Positions 18,545 to 29,149 of a stretch of 64,000 nucleotides of DNA are shown in pieces; positions within the stretch are counted from its first letter, which is position 1; each line of letters starts with the position of its first letter. Source of the DNA: a virus (Duplodnaviria; Caudoviricetes). Below the pieces are notes generated by a model. It searched no databases and was not told the DNA's origin. It saw only the letters and a program-made list of their open reading frames with translations. Location of the stretch: the IMG/VR virus record IMGVR_UViG_2882238243_000002, positions 32,001 through 96,000 of that record; one strand, given 5' to 3'. The position numbers and the translations under genes are program-made.

Positions 18545-21362
18545 TCAAACTTCCTCCGTATCTCTTGAATTTTATGTCATATAGTTTTAAATCCCCATCG
18601 TAACTTTCATCAATATATGTATCAGATGGATTAAGTTTTTTCATTAATTCTAAAACTGCTTCATTTTCATAATTAAACAAAGCAAAAAATAATAATTTGG
18701 AAATATGAGAGTATTTTTTCATATCAACATATTCCACCAACGAAAACATAGTATGTACGTTAATTTTTATGTTTTGAATATTAAATACCAAATCATCTTT
18801 ATATTGAGACGTTAATAAATATTTTTCGCTTACTTCATAATAATCTTTCGACCAAACTGCATTAATTGACGACATTGTAGTTTCACACATTTTCACAATT
18901 TTGCTTAGCTGTTTTTTATTCACTGAGTTCTGATTAAATTCTGCAAATCTAAAACAGTGCGAGAGAGGAATAAAATCATTAGCATCAGTTTTTTTTGAAC
19001 GATATTGATTTATTTCTCTTAGCAAATAATCCATGGTTGTTTCATGATAGTTATATTTTTTTCTTTGTGAGTCTCTATAACCCTTTGTTTGAGCTATAAA
19101 TCCAAGAAAAGCCGGCTTAATTGTCTTATTACTAAATGTTGTCTTTTTCCACTTCTCTTTAATTTCTCTTATTTCTTTACCAGATGAAATGTCAAACTCT
19201 TTTTTTGCCTTATCAATCTCGATACAGCTTAAAACATTTAATATACAAATATCATGATATAATTCTTTGATCTCATCGTAGCATGAATTTAATGTTTTTC
19301 CAGACTTATTAATATAATCCCACATCAAAGTATTTAATTCCTGTGATAGATTCACGATTTCGCCAATCTTATTTTCACTGGTTTTATAATCCAAATCAGA
19401 TTTTTCTTTTGCCGTGTATATTCTTTTAACCTTATTAGCAGGGACTCTATTAGCTGGGACTTTAAATACATCATAGTTTTTTAAAGCAGCATTTATAAGA
19501 ATTGAATTGTTTGTCACTATCATCTGATCTGAGTCGTAGTCAGCACCAGAAAGTCTTTCCAGAATATTCTCTCCAATAGCATTTAAACACACGATTTCAT
19601 CAGTCAAGTTAAAATACTTATCAATCATATCGTGTTTAATATTTGTTGAAACAAGAAGGTTTGAAGTTGATATATGAGGACTTCGACAACCTAACACTTT
19701 TTCCCCAAATGGGTATCTGGTTGTATGTATATTTCCACACGGAATAGAAGAGTGTCCATTAAACAATCCTATACTATGGAGCAACATTTCATAGGGATTG
19801 CCAAATAAGACTGAATAATTTCCATCAATTAAAACGTGTCCTCTTTTCATATTTTTTAAATATGCCTTACAGGCTTCCCTTTTAAAGTCATAAAAATATT
19901 TTGTTTTATAAAATTCATCTGATAGATTCATCATAGTGTAAACAATATCATTTTTATCTTTGAATACATTTGAAAGACTTTCATCTATATTATCAAGTAA
20001 TGAACATTTTACATGATATTTTAATACATCTGTATCAGTATTTAATAAATTCACATAATCCAAAGATGGTTGTAATAAAGTATGAACGTCTTTCCTTGAC
20101 AATTGTAAAGTATTCAATAACTGATAGTGGCACTGAACCATCCTACCTCCAAAAAAATGAGTCTTTTTTTCATGTTTTACGACACTGAAAGTAGAGTTTA
20201 TATTTTTTAACCACTGCATAATAGGAGCAAATTTGGCGTACTTAATGCTATTTGGGGTTGTAATCAATTTTATATCTTCAATTTTGTCAGTCAATGTAAT
20301 AGATTCTGGGTGTAGTTGTGAAATTTGAGTAATGTTGTTATCAGAAAACCACGTTTGAATATTTGTATTAAAACAACAGGATTTGAAAAATCTATTCCTT
20401 AGAAGAACCATACCATATTCTTTATAATCACCCATTATGCTTATATCAATTAGAGATTGTCCATCGAAAATTGAATTTGACACTTCTACATCATCTTCTT
20501 TAACTGTAATTCTTTTATTTTCATCCATTCCGACAACTACAGAATTTTCCACAAAAGTACTATCATGGTCTGGTATGATTAGAATACTCTTTGGGTCAAT
20601 GGTAAGAATATCAATAGCACTACTAGTTGGAAGAGAGATATACGATTCCAAAGCCGCTAAATCTACTGCATCCCCCTCTGATATGTCTAATCCACACATT
20701 TCCCATAAATGAATTTCTGGATACAGGCTTTCCTCGACAAATAAGCATTTGCCAACCCTTGACGAACCAGACGTTCTTTTAAGCCTTATGTAGTGATATC
20801 CATTGCAATTAAAACCTTTTTCATAAAGATAATCTCGTAATTCCTTTTTAGAAAGAACAACTCCTACATTTTTGCTATCGTACACTAAATTTCCGAATTT
20901 ATCCTCAACAAAAACAAAACCACTTGGTAATTCTAACGAAGTCATGTTTTGCGTTGGAATAGAAGTAATTATCCCAACTATAACACCAGAATCCTGAGCA
21001 ACGTTATCTTTAAAACATAATTCTTCTAAAGAATATCCGTCCATTACATAGGTATTCTTTTTTACTTTATTAAAATCCCGACTAGTATATTTGAAGGTTA
21101 CATTTATGATTTTATCACTGTACTCTTTTCCATTATGGGAAAATGTAAACTTCATGTTTTTGGAATAGATAGACTTTACAATCTCTCTAATTTTTTCGCT
21201 ATCAAGGCTATAGTCTAAAGAGTTTACAAATCTGTTATAATTAATATTTCCTGATTTTGTCACAAGTCTGTAACCAATTTTATTTTTTTCTTCTTCTTTG
21301 AAATTGTTTGCCAAATATAAATCTTTGGCATCAACTGAAGGTATATAGATGGAATTTCTCAT
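18531..21362 (-). CDS. yonO: YonO-like single-subunit RNA polymerase (double-psi barrel, related to eukaryotic RdRP)
   Basis: KRTSGSSRVGKCLF, FDGQSLID, RSPH, catalytic loop LSGADYDSD (DxDxD), IEIDKAKK; ~943 aa. Confidence 0.85.
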   Translation of the reverse strand: MRNSIYIPSVDAKDLYLANNFKEEEKNKIGYRLVTKSGNINYNRFVNSLDYSLDSEKIREIVKSIYSKNMKFTFSHNGKEYSDKIINVTFKYTSRDFNKVKKNTYVMDGYSLEELCFKDNVAQDSGVIVGIITSIPTQNMTSLELPSGFVFVEDKFGNLVYDSKNVGVVLSKKELRDYLYEKGFNCNGYHYIRLKRTSGSSRVGKCLFVEESLYPEIHLWEMCGLDISEGDAVDLAALESYISLPTSSAIDILTIDPKSILIIPDHDSTFVENSVVVGMDENKRITVKEDDVEVSNSIFDGQSLIDISIMGDYKEYGMVLLRNRFFKSCCFNTNIQTWFSDNNITQISQLHPESITLTDKIEDIKLITTPNSIKYAKFAPIMQWLKNINSTFSVVKHEKKTHFFGGRMVQCHYQLLNTLQLSRKDVHTLLQPSLDYVNLLNTDTDVLKYHVKCSLLDNIDESLSNVFKDKNDIVYTMMNLSDEFYKTKYFYDFKREACKAYLKNMKRGHVLIDGNYSVLFGNPYEMLLHSIGLFNGHSSIPCGNIHTTRYPFGEKVLGCRSPHISTSNLLVSTNIKHDMIDKYFNLTDEIVCLNAIGENILERLSGADYDSDQMIVTNNSILINAALKNYDVFKVPANRVPANKVKRIYTAKEKSDLDYKTSENKIGEIVNLSQELNTLMWDYINKSGKTLNSCYDEIKELYHDICILNVLSCIEIDKAKKEFDISSGKEIREIKEKWKKTTFSNKTIKPAFLGFIAQTKGYRDSQRKKYNYHETTMDYLLREINQYRSKKTDANDFIPLSHCFRFAEFNQNSVNKKQLSKIVKMCETTMSSINAVWSKDYYEVSEKYLLTSQYKDDLVFNIQNIKINVHTMFSLVEYVDMKKYSHISKLLFFALFNYENEAVLELMKKLNPSDTYIDESYDGDLKLYDIKFKRYGGSLIDKK

Positions 21363-23188
21363 TAACAAGCCTCCATAAATCTTATTCCATAATTATTCTC
21401 TGTGTATTCTAATAAGGATTTCATATTATCAAAAATATCTTGCTTTATATCACTTGAATTACATAGTGAGATATATTTAAATTTAAGTTCTTTATTAGTA
21501 TTTGGTTCTATTAAACAAAGCATAATAAAATTTCCGTCAAAATTTGTAATTTTCCACATTTTGTTTTTACAAGAATTTACTAAGTCTATATACTTTGAAA
21601 TCTTTATATGCTGCTTATTTTGTTTTTCTATGCATTTTACAAACATTTCTCTTATATTTTTTTCAAAATTTCCAAACACATCTTGATTACTATACTCATA
21701 CTCAGAAACTAAAGTACACCCATTTAATAAAGTAATACGTCTATAATCATCAGAAACTCTTATTTTTAAATAATCATTTTGATTACACATCTCTGTTAGT
21801 TCAAAAACAACATTTTGATATAGTTGATTATTCATCAATGCTGCTTTAATTAGTTCATTTTCTAAATCAACTAATTTTCCACGTTTATATTCTTCATATT
21901 TTTCTTTGATAAAACTTTCAGACAGCTGTGTTGAAATGATTCTTATTTCTCCAATTAATTCTTTTATTTTTCCGCTATGTATATTATCTTCAAATTCGAC
22001 ATCAAAATATAACATGTGAAAATTATATTGCTGTGAAGCCCAATGACTATACGGAACAATGCTTTTGACATAGGATAATGTAGAAATATGTGTTATTCGT
22101 TTGAGCAAATTTTCGCATTGTTTAACACGTTCTTGGAGTCGAGAGAATCCTTTCTTAACATCTCCTTCATAATCCAAAGAAAGAATATCTCCTTTTTGAA
22201 TTTTTACCTTTATAATTTCTTCCTCAAACAATGTATAATCCATATATAAAAATTCTGTTCTGAACTGAATCTCATATATCTTAGGAGAGACTTGTTTTAA
22301 TGCATATACAATTTTTTTGTCCTTAAATGAATCTAACATATCAAAAAAATAATGATTAATATTATTTTTAAAAAGTTCCTTTAAATCAATACATGATTTT
22401 TTCTTAATTGAATAATAGCACCATAGTTTATCTGAATAGTCTAACTTATCAAAATACGCTAAAACATTTTCATCTGTATTTTCTCCATTTTTATATTTCT
22501 GTATTGCATTCCAGAACCAATCCAGTCGTTCCCATTGGATCTTGTAATTCAACTTATCCTGACGCTTCCATTCAATTTTTCTCAACGCGATAGTACTGTC
22601 GTAATCATTTCTCGTATAGGTTTTAATAAAACAATCTCCATCAGAATAAATTAAATTAAATACTGAAATATCGTTCTTGCATTTTTGATTAATAAAATAT
22701 CTAGTATCTACCTCAACAACATCATTCCCTAATTCGTCCCATTTAGGAATATATTGCTCCGTTTTTCTATTCGTTGTCCTGATCTCAAAATAAAATATTT
22801 TACCAGAAACAGTAGTTACGATAATATCTGGGCGATAATCTCCAAATGAAGTATGTAAAGTTTTTTCAGTCGATACATCTTCAACTTCATATTCAGTGTT
22901 ATTCACTATAAATTTGCAGCCCTTTTCAAATAGCCAAGTTTTACAAATATAGTGAACGAATGTTTCCTCATTGCAGCCACCCGTTTCATGATAGAAGTGT
23001 GGTTGTACTTGATAATTAATATCCTTCTTGTAGGCTCTTGGTTTAATAATCCCCTTGCAACACGGACAATAGTATTCTATACAATCTTTTGCATCGTCAA
23101 TATGAATGTAATTTGCCGACTCATCGGCAGAATCCAGGGCAACTATTAGTTGTGGTAAATCTCTTGTTTCAAATAAAATATCTTTTAT
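21362..23188 (-). CDS. CoiA-like Zn-finger + PD-(D/E)XK nuclease; probable ATA start
   Basis: Frame open 94 codons upstream of GTG 22906, adding YYCPCCKG...PHFYH...C..ETFVH; then YRPDII...YFEIR; ATA 23188 behind AGGAGGG RBS. Confidence 0.7.
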   Translation of the reverse strand: MKDILFETRDLPQLIVALDSADESANYIHIDDAKDCIEYYCPCCKGIIKPRAYKKDINYQVQPHFYHETGGCNEETFVHYICKTWLFEKGCKFIVNNTEYEVEDVSTEKTLHTSFGDYRPDIIVTTVSGKIFYFEIRTTNRKTEQYIPKWDELGNDVVEVDTRYFINQKCKNDISVFNLIYSDGDCFIKTYTRNDYDSTIALRKIEWKRQDKLNYKIQWERLDWFWNAIQKYKNGENTDENVLAYFDKLDYSDKLWCYYSIKKKSCIDLKELFKNNINHYFFDMLDSFKDKKIVYALKQVSPKIYEIQFRTEFLYMDYTLFEEEIIKVKIQKGDILSLDYEGDVKKGFSRLQERVKQCENLLKRITHISTLSYVKSIVPYSHWASQQYNFHMLYFDVEFEDNIHSGKIKELIGEIRIISTQLSESFIKEKYEEYKRGKLVDLENELIKAALMNNQLYQNVVFELTEMCNQNDYLKIRVSDDYRRITLLNGCTLVSEYEYSNQDVFGNFEKNIREMFVKCIEKQNKQHIKISKYIDLVNSCKNKMWKITNFDGNFIMLCLIEPNTNKELKFKYISLCNSSDIKQDIFDNMKSLLEYTENNYGIRFMEAC

Positions 23189-23593
23189 GATTTAACCCTC
23201 CTTTTCATTTCTACTTATTAATTCTCCAAACGATCCACAAACCGATTGAAATTTCTAATTCATTATTCTTTTTCAATCCTCAATGTGCTACAATACTTAC
23301 AATGCTATGTGGCAATAGCAGAAGTAAATTCAACCAATAAAGGAGGTTCATAGTTGAGTAATATTTTAATTGTTGCAATAATATCCATCACCATGTTGCA
23401 ATCAATATCAATTCTGCTTCTCATTTGTAATTCTCTCTCAAAGAATACAAAGAAATTTATCACTTGCGCCAACAAGAAGATAACGAAGCGAATTTTAAGA
23501 CTCTTGTTAATACATAAAGAGTAACCTTATTGGGATTGAGTTTATGTATATATTGTGTAGGGTCTGGTGTCTGAAAAAATGATATCAGACCTT

Positions 23594-23824
23594 TCAATCT
23601 ATTAAATTCAAATCCTCTGTTTTTATTTCGTGTCCAAGCCAATCCAGTAACTGTCTAATTCCACGTATGCACTCATAATGAATAATGTCACCATCTATGT
23701 TCTCTAAAAATTCTTCACCATTTATAATACCTTGTCCGCAAATAGAGCAGTGGTAGTCATATTTTGGTGATATATAGTTGGGACAGTGGCAATTACAAGG
23801 ATCGAATAAGCAAATACTACACAT
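23594..23824 (-). CDS. Small Cys-rich (Zn-binding) protein
   Basis: MCSICLFDPCNCHCPN...CSICG...HYEC. Confidence 0.6.
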   Translation of the reverse strand: MCSICLFDPCNCHCPNYISPKYDYHCSICGQGIINGEEFLENIDGDIIHYECIRGIRQLLDWLGHEIKTEDLNLID

Positions 23825-24185
23825 TTTCACCAACCTGACTTTCCGTATGCAATCTAAATCTTTCCTGCTCAAATAGCTCATTTCCTCTATCAAAGCATTT
23901 CATCATATACTCATATCTATCTATGTAATATTTAAAGAATCCGTCCGTTAGGAGAGTGGTAATATATCTAGTAACTTCCAATTTGATTTGGTTTCTCTCA
24001 GATGCAAATTCAACATTTGCCTGTTTTCCGATTAAATCAAGCATGGATACATCATTTCTTTTTAAATACATGGTGGCGTTGTATTTTTCAGTTTCCCTTT
24101 TGAATTCAATCATTGCAACGATTGAATAGTCGTTCATTAAATCTACCTCTATAGTATTAGCTGCTATTATTTTATATCTCAACAT
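23817..24185 (-). CDS. Hypothetical phage protein
   Basis: GGAGG RBS before MLRYK. Confidence 0.65.
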   Translation of the reverse strand: MLRYKIIAANTIEVDLMNDYSIVAMIEFKRETEKYNATMYLKRNDVSMLDLIGKQANVEFASERNQIKLEVTRYITTLLTDGFFKYYIDRYEYMMKCFDRGNELFEQERFRLHTESQVGENV

Positions 24186-24220
24186 TTTAATTCCTCCATT
24201 TTTCAATTTTTATTATTTAT

Positions 24221-24835
24221 TTAACTTAACCATACTTCCCAATATCCATCACAGTATTTTGTTTTTAATTCTCTGTTATTAAAATGAAATTTAGCAAGAT
24301 CCATAATCTGATATATGTAATAACAATAATCCCTTTGACCAGAGCGAATACAACTCAAAATATCATTTATATATGAACAATATTCCTGCCAGTTTGTACA
24401 TCCATTATATTCACCTTGTGTTTCTTCGTTCCATTTTCCAGATTCTTTTGAATACTTATTTCCAAGTTTTTTTACATCCTTACCATACGGACTCATAAAT
24501 AGTTTTCTAACATTAAATTCCTTTTGCCACTTTTCATCTGTTAAATTTGGTAGTGGTCTGCCATTTGTATTAGATACAATTTTCATTTCCCTTAATTCTT
24601 CAAGTGTCATATGCATGTATTTATTCTCCTCATCTTTGTGTTTTTTCTTTTCTTGTAATAGATTTTCTAACTTGTTAGCATCTATCTGATTACTAATTCT
24701 CTTTTTGTTTGGGAAACTAGTGTTAAAATCTTCAATGTTTATTTCACCTGAATAAATGGTAGTGCTAGTTTTAGTGTTGTGACCGGTGGTATTATGATTT
24801 CCTAAATCTGTGCAAGACGTAGTTTTTATTGTCAT
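24221..24835 (-). CDS. Hypothetical phage protein
   Basis: 204 aa, AAGGAG RBS. Confidence 0.6.
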   Translation of the reverse strand: MTIKTTSCTDLGNHNTTGHNTKTSTTIYSGEINIEDFNTSFPNKKRISNQIDANKLENLLQEKKKHKDEENKYMHMTLEELREMKIVSNTNGRPLPNLTDEKWQKEFNVRKLFMSPYGKDVKKLGNKYSKESGKWNEETQGEYNGCTNWQEYCSYINDILSCIRSGQRDYCYYIYQIMDLAKFHFNNRELKTKYCDGYWEVWLS

Positions 24836-25035
24836 ATATTGCTTTGTTTCTCCTTTTCTGTTTCCAAATAAATTTGTTATTCATTGACTTCTCCTTTTGT
24901 GATTGCCAATTCTGGTTAATAGTTGTTTGACGATTGTTTGTTGATGTGGTAGGGTAGTGGTGTTGTATATTAATTCTCCGTTTAATTTTCATAAACTCAC
25001 TTATCTTGATTTTTCTTTCTTCTAATTTGATTTGG

Positions 25036-26010
25036 TTATTTCGTTTCCTTTCTAATAAAATCATATTTGTTAAAAATATCGGTGTCTCGTATTTTTTCCA
25101 AATATTCTTCATATTTATTTTTTTCATATAACAACTCATATTTTTTATTTTCAGAAACGACATAGTTGTATATATCTTGTATTTCTCCATTTGAATATTT
25201 GTTTTTTTCATTATTTTCATTTGACTTTTTTAATTGGTTAAACATTTGGGCAAATCTACGATTGTTATTAACCGTATTGATATTTTTTTGAATATATCTA
25301 TATGAAGATTTATATTTTTGCTGATTGGATGCGAAAATGTCTATATACTCTTTGTCACATGGCCTTCCGTATACATTTGATAGCTGCTTAATATTATTTT
25401 TGTCATCAATAACAAAATCATTTTGGCGATTAACATATAGTAATCCAAGTTCCTCTAATATTTTCGTATATTCAATTACAGTTCTAATAGATATACCTGA
25501 TTTCTCGGCGATAAAGTCAATTGTTAAATTACCGACTACTCTTGTTTTACTTTGATGTGCGTCCAGATATACTTCAATAGAAGCACTAATGGTTCCAATT
25601 AAAAATACACAGAACTTTAATAATAAAAAACAATTTACATTTTTTGCTTTAAATATAATCTGAACTTCATTAAAGCTTATAATGGTGAATCTTTCTTTTT
25701 CAGTGTCAAACCAAATACTATCGCAATTTAGAAAATAACAAGTCTGATATGAGCCTTCATGAATAACCACTCTGTTCTCAATTAATTCATCAAGCCCGGT
25801 TTTAATGTATTTAATCATTCGTTTTGTCGGCTTTTTATCCATAGTGAGATAGTATGTAATTTGATAGGGTGTTAAACAATGATGGTTTATGGATGAGTTA
25901 CACAAAGCCTTTATTGCACAATAAGTAGCAATGGCATAAGTAGAGTAAGTTTGTGAATTATAAATTTTTTCAGGAATAAATAATTGTAAATCGTATTTTT
26001 CTTCTTTTAT
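25036..26010 (-). CDS. Winged-helix protein, candidate replication initiator; probable ATA start
   Basis: HTH-like NLTIDFIAEKSGISIRTVIEYTKILEELGLL; first gene of the left arm, next to direct repeats; ATA 26010 10 nt after AGGAG. Confidence 0.5.
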   Translation of the reverse strand: MKEEKYDLQLFIPEKIYNSQTYSTYAIATYCAIKALCNSSINHHCLTPYQITYYLTMDKKPTKRMIKYIKTGLDELIENRVVIHEGSYQTCYFLNCDSIWFDTEKERFTIISFNEVQIIFKAKNVNCFLLLKFCVFLIGTISASIEVYLDAHQSKTRVVGNLTIDFIAEKSGISIRTVIEYTKILEELGLLYVNRQNDFVIDDKNNIKQLSNVYGRPCDKEYIDIFASNQQKYKSSYRYIQKNINTVNNNRRFAQMFNQLKKSNENNEKNKYSNGEIQDIYNYVVSENKKYELLYEKNKYEEYLEKIRDTDIFNKYDFIRKETK

Positions 26011-26059
26011 GGGATAAAATCTCCTTTCTCCTTGAAAATTCAAGGATATTTTTTATCAG

Positions 26060-26175
26060 GGTGCAAAAAACGTGCCAAAATGAACTTTCTATCCTATAGA
26101 CGTGGTGCAAAAAACGTGCCAATCTGGTACGTTTCGTGCACACTAATTCAACTACTAAGTAATTCAAATACTAAG
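26060..26175 (+). repeat. Iteron-like direct repeats
   Basis: GGTGCAAAAAACGTGCCAA at 26060 and 26104 (44-bp period); AATTCAA(C/A)TACTAAG at 26145 and 26161. Confidence 0.75.
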
Positions 26176-26248
26176 ATTATATAGGGTCTCTATTGATTTG
26201 GTTTTTGTGACGGTAAATGGGTACATGGTTTTATTCTCTATTCAATTT

Positions 26249-26601
26249 CTAATTCTTTTTCTTGTAAAATTCCATATTGGCTATTCTCCTTATTTGGTTT
26301 GAACATTTCCTTCTCTGTTGGGTATCCATATCATATAAATTCTCTAATTCGTTTAAGATATTTCTGTATAAGGAACCTTTGTTAATATTGAAATGTTCTT
26401 CTAGCAGCGTATATTTTGGAGACATTTTTCTAAACCATGGATTATAAGGTTTTCTATATATAGGTTCTGTTAATGCTGTTTGTTGAAGAGATTGAGATTC
26501 TTCTAATTTAGATATCCGAATATCTCGTCGTTTCTATTGCGATAGAAGTCACATTCCATCTCTCCAAATTTTTCAGTTGTAATAAGTTTTAAATTGCTCA
26601 T
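26249..26601 (-). pseudogene. Internally deleted/frameshifted antirepressor-like gene
   Basis: AAGGAG RBS then MSNLKLITTEKFGEMECDFYRNRNDEI, stop after 32 codons; RISKLEESQ...KPYNPWFRKM...LYRNILNELEN continues in another frame. Confidence 0.5.
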
Positions 26602-28110
26602 AAAATAAATCTCTCCTTTGCATATTGAAAATTTGTGATTTTGTTTCCAATATTTATTTCTCCGTTTGTGATGCGATTATTTGTAAAAATGACGATAAAA
26701 TATTGTCAGTAATAATAGGGATAGTGGTGTAAGATATAATTCTCTACTTGAAATTCAAAACTTGGAAAAATATTAACAATAATTTTGTTATGGTTGTGTG
26801 TAGTGAAATTTTCTATTTAATGTAAAATCTAATCCATTTGTTTTTTGAAATTAAATTAGTAGATATATAAAATTCTTTATATGCGATTGCTTAACTTTTT
26901 GGGTACTTCTAAGAGTAAATTTCGTTTTAAATAGTCTTGGCGATAATCAGATAGGGTAGAAGAGTAAATTTGAAATTTGAGTTGTGAGAGTGGTTTTTTG
27001 TAAGCAATAAAAAATAGATGAGATTATTCCCATCTATTTATAAATGTGATTAAGTAACAATATATTTTGTTACATTGATATTCTTCTTCATAAAATTTAA
27101 TGCTCACAAGATAAATTTCGATTTTTATTTATAAAATGATAAATTGGTCATGTGATTTAGTTTTATTGAAATTTGGTGCTAAAACGTATCATTTTTGCCT
27201 TATTTCTCGGTAAGAAATAGTTGAGTTTTGGTGAGATATTTAGATGATATTGTTTAGATGGCTGTGAAAGATGCAAGGAATTGCTATGTAAATTTACTAT
27301 ATAATTATAAATTAAAAAGGAGAGTTCGGTAGAAGGGTTGTTTAAAAATTTTTGAGTGGTGTAAAAGTATTAATATCAGTAGATTTGCGTGATTTTTAAG
27401 TGAAAATATTAGTGGAAAAATCTAGACTATAAGAGTGGTAAAATGAGATTTTGAGTATTGTTCGACGGAGAGTAGTAAAATCAAGGGTTTGAGGTAATTT
27501 AAGTGGTTATTTTGATGTGAAAACAATTATCAGAAAATTTAGTTTTGCTTGTGGTTGAGAGATTTGTTCGAAGTGTTAGTCGAAGTGAATTTGAGCAATT
27601 TGGGTTAATTGTTTGTATTCGAAGTGCAATTTTAGTGGTAATGTGTGAGTTGAACTGATAGGGGCTTTTCGCCGGTGGAAACTTTATTTTAATATGTAAA
27701 CGTACCCCCTATGCATAAAACATACCATAATACTACACTATTACGGTATGTTTTGCTAATAAAAGAACATATGATCAGTGACTAGCAGCAGTTGTTTTAC
27801 CGTTATGATATTATCAATATGATAATAACAATAGTTCGATTATCATCTTATCAATTAGATTAATATCGAAAATATATCAACTATATTTCGAATAGTAAAT
27901 ATAAAAATAATATAAACTATATAATATAAAGTAACTATAAAATATATACGTACTATCTAAAAGATACCAAACAATATATCAACGCTTTTAGCAATATCAT
28001 TAATAACATCATTCTTGATCAGTCGCCAATCAATCACCAATCATTCTATAATTCCGGTAAACTTATTTCTACATACATAATCTCTATTTACAGTTTATAT
28101 TGTAGTTATA

Positions 28111-28365
28111 TTATTCTTGTACCTTATCTCGCTCTACGATATCAATCACCAGGTCACAGCCGATCGCATCGCAATACATTTTTAAAGTATCTATAGTAGG
28201 ATTGGTACTTTTATATTTCAAGAAATTACTAACAGTGCCTTTATTCAATCCTGTATATTCTACAATATCTTTTTGTTTCTTTCTTGTATCAATCATTTTG
28301 TGCTTAATCAAATCTATAACTTTATCTGAATTACCATCATAAATCATTGTATTATTATACCTCAA
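28111..28365 (-). CDS. XRE-family HTH regulator
   Basis: QKDIVEYTGLNKGTVSNFLK...NPTIDTL. Confidence 0.85.
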   Translation of the reverse strand: MRYNNTMIYDGNSDKVIDLIKHKMIDTRKKQKDIVEYTGLNKGTVSNFLKYKSTNPTIDTLKMYCDAIGCDLVIDIVERDKVQE

Positions 28366-28368
28366 TCA

Positions 28369-28575
28369 TCATATTATAAAACCCTTACTATCTAAATCAG
28401 CCTTAATTAATGCTTTGATATAGCTGTTTACACTTTGTCCGGTCTGATCTAAATATGCCTTAACTCTTTTACCTTCTTCTAAATCTTCTTTCTTATAAGC
28501 TGCACTTACAACGATAGGTTTATATTTCTCTCTATATCTTCTGTCTGCTTCTCTTTGTGCTTCAGTCATTGCCAT
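28369..28575 (-). CDS. Small ribbon-helix-helix/antitoxin-like DNA-binding protein
   Basis: MTEAQREADRRY...GQSVNSYIKALIKADL. Confidence 0.65.
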   Translation of the reverse strand: MAMTEAQREADRRYREKYKPIVVSAAYKKEDLEEGKRVKAYLDQTGQSVNSYIKALIKADLDSKGFII

Positions 28576-28627
28576 TTTAAACCCTCCATATAATATAAAG
28601 TTTTTCATTATAACATAATATCATGAA

Positions 28628-28763
28628 TTGGTAAACCTATCAATTGAAATTGTACATATTATATAAATTGGTATACCTATACGGTATTACTTATTGTGAA
28701 CAATGCTATTTAATAAAAAACATTGGTTTACCTATTGATATATTGGTATACCTATGCTATAAT
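28628..28763. promoter_or_regulatory. Four operator repeats TTGGTWWACCTAT overlapping a divergent promoter region
   Basis: Copies at 28628, 28668, 28723, 28743; TTGATA(28735)...TATAAT(28758) promoter on +. Confidence 0.8.
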
Positions 28764-28873
28764 TATATCAAGATAAAGGTAAGGCAATCACACAATTCCA
28801 ATCACAAAATAAAAGCCTAACCTATTCACAGTAGGTCAAGCCTTTATCTAATAATTACATAGGAGGTGTAAGC

Positions 28874-28978
28874 ATGACGTATCCGATTGGATATCGTAGT
28901 AATTGCTTTCTAGCAATGATTAACGGCGAGTTAATGCAGTTTGCAAGCGATAGCGAATACTATGATTACATAAGCTAG
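28874..28978 (+). CDS. 34-aa small protein with a convergent antisense promoter
   Basis: AGGAGGTG RBS; MTYPIGYRSNCFLAMINGELMQFASDSEYYDYIS. Confidence 0.6.
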   Translation: MTYPIGYRSNCFLAMINGELMQFASDSEYYDYIS

Positions 28979-29149
28979 CTAACACCATTCACAAGGCAGC
29001 TATAAGCGTAAGTCCTTGCGATCTTCCTAACAACAATTATATCAACATCATTCGCACCTTGTCAATTACACTTTCTAAATTGTCTATAACTATGATATAA
29101 TCATTGCAGTATAATAAATGTATTAAGGACAATAGGAGGTAATAACAAT

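Noticed and set aside
27765-27776. GAAC-ATAT-GATC possible LexA box
   Set aside because: One mismatch and no associated promoter or gene
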